This document shows, in pieces, positions 51,492 to 60,389 of a stretch of DNA of 64,000 nt. Made by a program: the position numbers and the translations under genes. The stretch's first letter is position 1; each line of letters begins with the position of its first letter. The stretch lies in NCBI GenBank assembly GCA_003971905.1, contig RSEE01000007.1:496001-560000 (forward strand). The letters are read 5' to 3'. Under the pieces are notes generated by a model. It had not been told where the DNA came from. It worked only from the letters and a program-made list of their open reading frames with translations, and searched no databases. The DNA is from Moniliella sp. 'wahieum'. Taxonomy: Eukaryota.

Positions 51492-52499
51492 GTTACGGTA
51501 GTGTTCGGATATGTAACGAGACACTTTCTTCGCCTCGGGAGAAGGACAACTGGCTTGGGGGTAGGCATACGCCTGTGAGCAAAATGACACACATTCATAA
51601 AAGAGATGGATCACAGTTAGCAAGAACACAGCGCTTCCTGTTCGTCGTACTAGAGATAGTATGCTCTTGACGCTTGCGACTTACCAATCCTCGTTATGCC
51701 GTTGCGGCGGTGTTTCGGGGTGGAAAGCAGGTGGGTTTCCGTTCCAGGGGAGAGGAAAGTGGACGCGAGGCATGATGAATACTGGGATCAAAGGTGGAGG
51801 TGCGGGAGGGGGGGTGGGAGGCAATTGTTATGAGAGAGATATGCCGGGCGGGGGGTTGATATATGCAGCCCACCGTCATCTGCACGTTGGGAAGGACATG
51901 CCAGAGTCTCCTCGACCATTATTACCCCTTTAGAGTTTGAGATATGGTAGCCGGAGAGCGTCCATAGAAAGATATGGTTAGGGAAGAGAAACGATCATAC
52001 TGTGGGGCTAGGAACACGTGTAGTATTAGTGGTGATTATATACAGTTCTACTTGAAGCTTGATGTAAGATAGAGTTACTAATGGAGATGAGATGCCTTCG
52101 ATGACGTATATGTGCAACAGACATTATGTGCTTTAAGTGGTGTGTGTATGTGGCGCAGCTGATGGTGTGGCTTATGACATATCACGCTTGGATAGTGGCT
52201 GTTATGGACACCAGCGTCAACAGCTGCGAGCGTCGCCCCCCATACGAAAGGGAGAGACGATTGAGTGCTTCTGCCCCTAAAGACGAGCCAAGCTGTGACG
52301 GTGGTCACAGGCGTTAACTGGTATAATGGCGAGAGGCATTATGACCTGGATTTCTGAGAGAGGTTGTGCTGGTTTTGAGCGCCAAAACACATCAAATCTC
52401 GTGAATTATACAAGGATGGAATTCTGTTGCTTTTTGGCTCTCATAATAACCTCTCTTTGTTCTTTTTTACGGGATGTGGGCACTGATGTCGTGTGGCCT

Positions 52500-52635
52500 G
52501 TGTTGAACGTTGAACACGTTGAGGCGCGCGTAAAGGCGAGGCGGTGAATGATTAATGATCCTCTCGGACGTCGGCCATTTCCGGAACGCGGCTTATGCGC
52601 AGCGGAAGGGAGGCCGGGGCTGAGTACTGAGTTCA
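52500..52635. repeat. TSA+palindrome array between the metacaspase gene and the retroelement
   Basis: tgaacgttgaacacgttga near 52504; tgattaatga near 52549; tgagtactga 52621. Confidence 0.7.
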
Positions 52636-52913
52636 GAGAGTAGGGACCACAGCCTACGCTATACTGGCCTTATTCTTCCAAATCTCTCGTGTGTCACATT
52701 GCCCACTATATGTTGTCTTCGTAGTCTTCCACGCGGTGAAAATCAAACACAGATATAGCGTGGCACCAGCCTGCACCACAGCCCCCTGCTTTCCCGCAAT
52801 TAAGCATGCGCCACACGGAGAGCCACGCCAAATAATATGGCACCCACATGCCGCCAGCGTCGTTACAAGTATTATACTATATTACTGCACATTATTTATG
52901 CATTCATGGCCGG

Positions 52914-53093
52914 TGTCACAGTCGGGGCTAAGGCGAGGGAGACCAGGATCGGACTAGGCCAAGGGGTGTAGCAATCGTTCGTGGGGAAGAAGCAAGAAAG
53001 AGGACATGGTGCGAAGTGGAAGGAACAGGGAAGGAGCGAGACGCTCGAGACGAAGAAATTGGAAATGGGAGCGAGATCAGCCAAACTATGACA
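52914..53093 (-). repeat. 3' LTR of the gag-IN element
   Basis: tgtcacagtcgggg...ccaaactatgaca; direct repeat of 56365-56540. Confidence 0.95.
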
Positions 53094-53096
53094 TTG

Positions 53097-53105
53097 CCCC
53101 CTTTC
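53097..53105 (-). other. Polypurine tract
   Basis: GAAAGGGGG on the minus strand 3 nt before the 3' LTR, overlapping the integrase stop codon. Confidence 0.8.
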
Positions 53106-54683
53106 AGACCTCATCTCCCGGGCGGCGACGGAGGCGAGAGAGGGCGAGTCGGCGGGCATGGGAGACAGGCTTATCGGGGTAGAGGGCGTGGAAACGGACC
53201 ACTGGCTCGGCGTCATGAGACATGTCCGCAGCGGGTACCCACTCCCGCTCGTGGACAGGATAGCCCCGGAAGTGAACAAAGTACTCAATGCGGCCACCAC
53301 GACCCTTGCGGCGAGAGTCGAGGACATGTTCAACCTCGTGATGAACCGCACCATCATCAGCATACTCGGGGAGAGGAGGCGGGGGCTCAATCAAGCGGGC
53401 AGGGACCACGTCACCAGGGGTGTAGGCTCGCAAGCGGGACACATGGAACACGTCATGGAGGTGTAGGTAGTCGGGGAGGCGGACCTGGTATGCGGCGCGG
53501 CCCACGGCGCGGACAATGGGAAAGGGCCGAGGTAGCGATAGTCGAGGCCGTCAGAAGGCCGCTGGCTGGCCATAGCCGTCCCGACGGACCAAGACAGGCT
53601 GGCCAGCAGTGAAGGAAGCCGCCTCGGTGCGCTGCTGATCGGCATAATGCTTGTAGCGGTCTTGGGCCGCGGCGAGCGTGCGGCGGGCCACCGCCTGGGC
53701 CGAGCGCAAGTCCTCCAAATATGACGCAGCATCGGGCACGGGCGAAGTGGAGGGCTCCAACTCCCCCCGGGGAGAGTAACCATAGGTGAGGACAAAGGGG
53801 GACTGGTGGGTGCTCGAGTGGGAGGACGAGTTGTAGGCGAATTCGGCCGTGGGGAGGAGGTCGAACCAGTTGGACTGCTGCTCGTCGAGGTAGCAGCGGA
53901 GGTACTGTTCGAGGATCTGGTTGAGTCGCTCAGTCTGGCCGTCCGTCTGGGGGTGGACGCGGTGCTGAGGCTCGACTTGATGCCCAAGTCGGCACACAAG
54001 GCTTGCCAGAAGTGGCTTGTGAAGGTCGGTCCCCGATCACTCACCAGATCCCGGGGAAGGCCATGGTAGCGAAAGACATGGTGTACAAACTGGCGTGCGA
54101 GCTGGGGCGCAGTGTCCGTCGTGTGGGCGGGAATGAAGTGACCCATTTTGGTACAACGATCCACCACCACCAGAATCGCGTCGTAACCATTGGATCGGGG
54201 AAGCTGGGTAATGTGGTCCATCGTCAAGTGGGTCCACGGGCCTTGGGGAGGGGAAAGGGGCTGAAGGGGTCCGGCGGGTTGGTGGCAAGGCGCTTTGGTC
54301 CGTTGGCAGCGGTCGCACGAGCGCACGTAGGCCCACACGTCGGCTGACAGGCGGGGCCACCAATATTGAGCGCGGACACGGGCCAACGTCTTGTCGCGCC
54401 CTTCATGACCCGCCAATGCCGAGTCGTGGGCTTGGTGGAGAATGGCAGCGCGGATCGGCCGGTCGCCGGGGACGTAGACCTGGTTTCCGTGCCACAAAAG
54501 ACCGTCGCGGACCGTCAAAGCATGGGGAGGTGGGCTTGGAGCCGTAGCAAGGGACCAACGAGGGTCACGAGGCACGAGTTGGCGGATGCGCTGTCGAATC
54601 TCGTCGGCAGACGCTCGCTCCACCACCGGTGTATCGGGGTCCGCCGCCATGAGCTTGAGGGCGGCGGCAGAACGTTCGGACAT
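53104..54683 (-). CDS. Retrotransposon integrase with HHCC zinc finger, DDE core, GPF motif and chromodomain
   Basis: AHDSALAGHEGRDKT..YWWP..VRSCDRCQRTK; LTMDHIT; VSDRGPTF; HPQTDGQTERLNQ; YRYLGPF; chromodomain HEVEHVLDSRRKGRGGRIEYFVHFRGYPVHEREWVP; three frame segments joined by indels. Confidence 0.93.
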
Positions 54684-54777
54684 GGGCTCCGCCAGTACTT
54701 GAGGTGCCGCGCCAGCGGGCCGGGAGGGAACCGAGGAGGGAAAAGGAATCGAGTTGACAGAGGGGGGCGAGATGGGG

Positions 54778-56323
54778 TTAGATGAGAGGTGGACTTGGGC
54801 CGGGGCCCGGGCGAGTGCTGGTGCTGGTGCGTAGTCTTGGTCTTGGGCTGGTCTGGGTGCTGGGGCTGGTCTTGGGGCTGGGGCTGGTCTTGGTGCTTGG
54901 GCTGGTCTTGGGGCTGGGGCTGGTCTTGGGGCTGGGGCTGGGCTTGGGGCTTGGGCTGGGCTTGGGGCTTGGGGGGTTGGGGCTGTGGCCGGGGTACAGT
55001 CGTGGAAGGCATATGGTGATCACGGCACTGCGCCTTGAGCGCGGCGCTCGGTGCGCCGGGCCGCCGCTTCAGCGGTGGCGGTGACTGCGCTGAGGTCCAT
55101 GGGCTCCGCTTCGGGGCGACGAGGGCCGAAACCAATGATTGCCGCCCGATCCCGGGGAGATGGCGGTACCATGAGCGCCCAGCGATTGCGATTGGTCGAT
55201 GTCAATGGCCGCTGTGCGCAGTTGTTCGAAACTGATCCGTCCCAAGTGAGCCGACTCGCCGCGGGAGGCGATTGCGTCACGCACCCGCGGCTTCAAGCCG
55301 TACAGAAAGCAATAGTAGCGGTCCTCATCCGACGCGTTGGGGTTCCAGCGACGCAGCAGAACCGTGAACGTAGCGGAATAGTCCGCTGCAGATCCCGTCT
55401 GCCGAAGACGACGAAACTCCTCAAACGCCTTCAGCGCCGGGTTGCGCTCGCCCCACTGCTCCAGGAAAGCTGCGCGAAACGCAGGCCAAGACTGGAGGGC
55501 GGGTGTGGTGCGCGCCTCCAGGGGAAGGGCCACCTCCGAGCCGAACTGCTCGACCCAAGTGAGGGCCTCTCCCTGCAGCAGGCCCATGAGCGGTCGATCC
55601 ATGCCGCCGCGCCATATGCGTGAGGGCGACGCGCGCGTAAATCTCGAAGGAGGTGACGACGTGCTGGGCCTGGACCCGGTCACGAGAGTTGGGATTCGCA
55701 CCAGACGACGGGCGGAAACGAACGGGCTCGAACATCTTAGGCTCTTCCGACACCGTGTTCGGGATGGCAGTCAGATCACCATAAGGCCCAGGGCGGGAGC
55801 GGGGGCGGGGCCGAGGACACCACGCCAGTTTGAGCCTCCCGTACCGAGGCGGCCAACCGGGCCTCTTCCGCGGCAAGCGCCGCCTCCTCCCGCCGCTGAC
55901 GGAGGCGGTGCTCACGGCGCTTCGCCTCTTGCTCATCCTCGAAAGCGCGGCGCTTCGCCTCTTGCTCATCCTCGAAAGCGCGGCGCTGGTCCTCCTGGGC
56001 TGCAAGGTAGGCCTGATTTTCCCGGGCCTCCGTCAACAGAAGCTGGCGCATTCTGCGGGCCTCATCGACCCGACGCTGAGCGGCCTCGAGGCCCAGCCCG
56101 GACAGGTCGGAGGCAGGCAATGTATACCCCGGGGGCGCGGGCGCAACAGACGGAGCTGCATGGGGGGGCCAGAGGGGCCAGCCGGGTGGAACCACTCCGG
56201 GCCATCGTCGTCGAACGGAGCGTCAGAGGGGGGTCGGACGGGGTCGGATTGGGCCGCGCCGCGCGATGGGTTGCGGCGCGCTAGGGTTACTGGGGTCAGG
56301 GGGTTGTCGTGGATCGAGGACAT
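54778..56323 (-). CDS. Retrotransposon Gag with coiled-coil N-terminus and repetitive C-terminal tail
   Basis: LLQGEALTWVEQF..SWPAFRAAFLEQW..EEFRRLRQTGSAADYSATF..FLYGLKPRVRDAI; EPMDLSA motif; tandem duplication encoding RRAFEDEQEAK twice; split by indels. Confidence 0.85.
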
Positions 56324-56353
56324 CTCTGGTCGGGCTCGCCTGTTGACGGTTAG

Positions 56354-56362
56354 ACGAACGAT
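56354..56362 (-). other. Primer-binding site complementary to the element's own LTR (self-priming type)
   Basis: Sense ATCGTTCGT, 2 nt after the 5' LTR, is the exact reverse complement of sense ACGAACGAT inside the LTR (56424-56432). Confidence 0.75.
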
Positions 56363-56364
56363 AA

Positions 56365-56540
56365 TGTCACAGTCGGGGCTAAGGCGAGGGAGACCAGGAT
56401 CGGACTAGGCCAAGGGTGTAGCAATCGTTCGTGGGGAAGAAGCAAGAACAGAGGACATGGTGCGAAGTGGAAGGAACAGGGAAGGAGCGAGACGCTCGAG
56501 ACGAGAAATTGGAAATGGCGAGATCAGCCAAACTATGACA
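56365..56540 (-). repeat. 5' LTR of the gag-IN element
   Basis: Direct repeat of 52914-53093, flanked by TSD GCCGG. Confidence 0.95.
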
Positions 56541-56894
56541 GCCGGCACACCTGCGGCTGTGTACCTATCCCATACTGTTTCTCCAGTATATCAACTGATC
56601 GTGCTCGGCCTAGGGCGCGCTACAGTGATGCCGATGTGCACCTCCGCTGTTCAACTCTTCAACGGCTGGGCGCGCTGAGAGCTGGGAGCGCTGGGAGCGC
56701 TGGGAGTCTTTGCACATTTGTTGCAGTCCTCCTGAACGTTAGGTGTGAATAATATGGGACGCAGCCCCTGGCCGCCTTCATTGTATATGAATCGCAGCCG
56801 AAATGTGTTTGAGAGCAGACAAGAGGCACCGTGAAATGCGACATTATATGTATGACCTGGTGAGGCCGGTGATCGGAGAGAGAAGATAATATGA

Positions 56895-57125
56895 TGATGA
56901 GACCTGGAGTCCTGATGGTCCTCGAGGGTGATGCAATCGCACTGGTGGTGGTGGTCTAAGCCAACCAGCACCACCTACAGAGGAACAACAAGCAGTGAGT
57001 CGCCACCAGGGGCTAAGCTGCGAACAAGGAAAAACAGAGAGAGAAAACAATGGAACTCCCAGGCTTGAGGAGGAACTGAAGGGACATATTGGCCAAGAAA
57101 GCACGAGCCACCCGATGGCTCAACA
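56895..57125. mobile_element. Solo LTR, family B, copy 2, with 5-bp TSD TATGA
   Basis: tgatgag...ctcaaca termini; TATGA at 56890-56894 and 57126-57130; homologous to 38207-38443. Confidence 0.88.
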
Positions 57126-57750
57126 TATGACACTGCGCCCGCGTTTCACGCGCTAATATATGAGACACGCCAGAGTGTGGCGAGGGACCGGGCTGTGGGC
57201 AGCGGAGGCTCTCTCTCTTCGGGTCTATGTCGATTGCATATTTGCAAAAAACCGTGTCACTTCACAGCTTTAAGCAGGGACATTGTGGAGACGCCTCCCC
57301 CCAGGCAGGAATGATGCTGGCTTTCTATCCCAGGTGATGCGCGTGATGAGATGCAGTGATAGAGAGAATGCGGAAGTGGGGTCGTATCCGGACTGAGAAA
57401 AGAGAAATCATATACATGTGGGAAGAGAGGGAGGATCGATGATGTCAATGATGGACGAGAGAATTGAAGAGGATCTCATTAGGGGGTGACTTCTTTTTGG
57501 CCACACACACCACATCTATCTATGTATCGGAGTGCCTACCATATGGAAGACGGGGGGGGGGTCCTTTCTGCGCCTATGTGTCGTGAAGGGCCCGAGATGA
57601 GAAGAGGACCGCCTATTCAGGAGACATTTTGCCGGCAAGCCGGACGTGGCAGGTTTCGCGTACCCGATGTCGCATGCCATGTGTCATGCTGCACGCGAGC
57701 AAGGACGCGTCGATGTATTACGTAACAGGCACTGCGCTGGCCCAGGGTTG

Positions 57751-57780
57751 TCATCGACCATCGACCACCGATCATCGGCC
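57751..57780. repeat. TCGA-core heptamer array upstream of the bromodomain gene
   Basis: tca-tcga-cca-tcga-cca-ccga-tca-tcgg. Confidence 0.65.
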
Positions 57781-58059
57781 GTCGCGCAGCTGGACGTGTC
57801 CCGTCCCGTCCATCCCATCCCCACCGCCCCCCCCCACCTGCTCCCGCCGTCGTCGCGCACAGTCCACCCGTCGCCTCGCCCAACCCGTTTCGCCAGCGGT
57901 GCCGAATTGAGTGCGTGGGCATTTTCCGCCCTGCCTCGTTTCTTTTATCACTCGACGCGTTCTACTTGCCCGCGCCCCGTCACCGCTGCTTGCACGCGGC
58001 GCTTCCCCCCGCCTTCCTTCTGCCCTGGCTGCCTCCCACGCACCTCATCCACTCCCACC

Positions 58060-60389
58060 ATGTCGCAGCAGACCGCCACACAGCCCCCACGAGATGATGG
58101 GGCTCTCCGCCGACAACATCATCTCTGGCTCCCGACCCGCAGCACCCGCTGCTGCCGCCCTCCCCGCTACGCCCGAGCCAAGCGGGTCCCCGGCTCCCCG
58201 CCGCCACCGAGGCGATCTTCACCGCGTCGTAGTATCCAGGTGGCCAAGCCACGTGCCATTACTGACCCAAGCGAGATGTCCGTCTTGGACACGACTTGCT
58301 TTCTCTGCTCAACACACTGGCGTACGTCTCCTTCCCGCATCCTCGTGCCCAGCTGACCCTTGCCCCTCTTACGCACAGCGAGGATGGTACACACATGCCG
58401 AGCCCTTCACCTTTTACCAGCCGAAAGCTCTATCCAAGCTACTATACCTTCATCAAACATCCCATCTTTTCAGCGAGGTCATCGCCGTTGGCGAGCAAGG
58501 GCGCGTCCAGCCGCAAGCGTAGTGCGGGCACGAGGAATGAGGTCCAACTGGCTGAGCCGTACGAGTCGTTCGAGCAGCTTCGTAAGGACTGCGATCTCAT
58601 TGGCCTCAATGCCAAGCGGTTTTTAACGAGAAAGGATCACCGATCCGAGCGAGCGCGTGAGCTTACCAGCCTGATCCGCGATACGTACCCTGAATTGGTC
58701 ATCTCGGGTACCATTCTGATGGATCTGGCCCCCAGAGATTGATTTTGAGCCAACGACTCCCACGTGACAAGCAAATTTGCCGGCGCCGACGAGTCGGATG
58801 AATCCTCTTTGACGAGGAGGAGGAGAATCTGAGCTGGAAAGGAAGAAGGACAAATGGTCAAGGGATTGTGGCCGAGGTCGAACAAGAGCAACGGTCGCCC
58901 ACTAAGGCTGGTTCCCAGGCAGCTACGACACACGTCCCAACGAAGGGGACGCAAGCGTGCTCGCACTCAGGATGTGGAAGGCGATCTTGACTGGGATGCC
59001 ACCCAAGAGCGTTGCCGGGGGACTCTCACCTAGGCGGGGTATGTCCCAAGATGCCAGCGGAGGGCTCGGTACCTGCGGAGCGCACTCAAGTATTTTTGTT
59101 CGTCATCTCCACGAGGGTCGTCGGCCTGATGGCACCATGGCCACTCAATTTTTTGAGCATCTTCCGCCCAAGAGCGACGTGGATTACTATCAAACGCGTT
59201 TCGGACCCTATCTCTCTGGAGGAAATTGACGACAAGATTAGCAACAAAGGGTACACTCAAGGGTGGCTTTGCTTCACGACCTAGAACGTATGTTGAGTAA
59301 TGCGCTGGCCTACATCCCGCCGGCTCCCTCCTTGGTTTGTGCCCATTGGATCCGGTACCTGATCCAGCCCGTGCCATCCCCTTTTTCCTGCGCGAAGGGT
59401 TTTACGCTTGATAAGGGCGACGAACGCAGATGGCACTGCTGAGCATCGGACGATGGAAACGAGCTACTACCTTAAAAAGGAGACCTTGCCCGCCGCCCCC
59501 GCCTGAACAATGGCTCCCGAGCGAAGCTCGTCTCTTACCGTTACCGGAGCCATACGTTACCTCGGCCACCGACCGCGAGCGTCGACCATCCGGAAGGACT
59601 TCGACGACGGCACGCCCTTCAAACCCTTCCTCTCCTTGGGGCCAGGCGTACCGGCCACCGGGACCAGTGCCTATCCACTTCCGGTGCCCTCGCGCGCCCT
59701 GCTCCGGGACCTCTGTCCAGCACGCACTCCGTCGGGGGGGCAGCTACACGGGTCTCGGTAGTCTATCGGGAATGGCAGCTGGGCCGGCGGATCTCCTCGG
59801 CCTCGGCGGTGCTCTCCTTGCCCTTCCAGCCCCAATCGGATCGGAGCGGTGCCCATGAGCATGCCTTATCAACCTGCTCGTCAGGGTGGGGGTGCACACC
59901 GACCTGTCTCGTGCTCCTGCTCCTGCTCCCAGCCCCCGGTCTCTGCCCCCGACGACCCTCAATCCCACATCCTCAGTACTGTCCTCCTCCCGCTCTGGAA
60001 GGCGAGGATCGGAAGCGGTCCGAGTGGTGGTTAGGACACTCAATCCGTTTGCCAAGTGGGACGAGCAGCTCACCTTCGCCTTGAACCAGGGCACGGGGCC
60101 AGGCGGGTTGCCACCTGGGGGGTCGTCCGACCAAGCAGACCGGTTGGAAAATGTGATTCCGTACTTGGTTCTAGACCTGGTTTGGCGTCCAGCCGCTGCT
60201 GCATCCGGCGATGCACCTGGTGGTGCCGCGGGCTCGCGCCCGGGGTGGCCTTGCCTAAGCACTGGACAAGGCAACAACTCGTCCTCGCACGGCCGCCACA
60301 CGTCAACATCTTGTCCAGCTCGGGCGGCCGAGTACCTCGGCCCACCCCCAGATCCTGGCTTCTGTTCAGCTCAGTTTCTTCTTGCGTGA
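58060..60389 (+). CDS. Tandem-bromodomain chromatin protein (RSC/polybromo-like, possibly Rsc4-type)
   Basis: Bromodomain 1 pieces AEPF..LP..PSYYTFIKHPI and YESFEQLRKDCDLIGLNAKRF; bromodomain 2 FFEHLPPKSDVDYYQ..DPISLEEIDDKISNKGY; intron near 58322-58378 (GTACGT..CTGAC..CAG); many indels, end approximate. Confidence 0.8.

Larger units (their letters stand above)
52914..56540 (-). mobile_element. Non-autonomous Ty3/gypsy chromovirus-like LTR retrotransposon: gag plus integrase-chromodomain, no PR/RT/RNase H
   Basis: Two TG..CA LTRs (180 and 176 bp) differing only by indels; TSD GCCGG at 52909-52913 and 56541-56545; PPT; PBS; Gag and integrase motifs. Confidence 0.95.

Noticed and set aside
52692..52867. 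TGTCAC...GTTACA segment resembling a solo LTR
   Set aside because: No matching TSD and no second copy in the window.
20005..60389. Frameshifts in nearly every gene, suggesting mass pseudogenisation or programmed frameshifting
   Set aside because: They hit conserved housekeeping genes (VMA8, CDC24, FUR1, MET30) while motifs stay intact, and the twin LTRs differ only by indels. This fits unpolished long-read errors.
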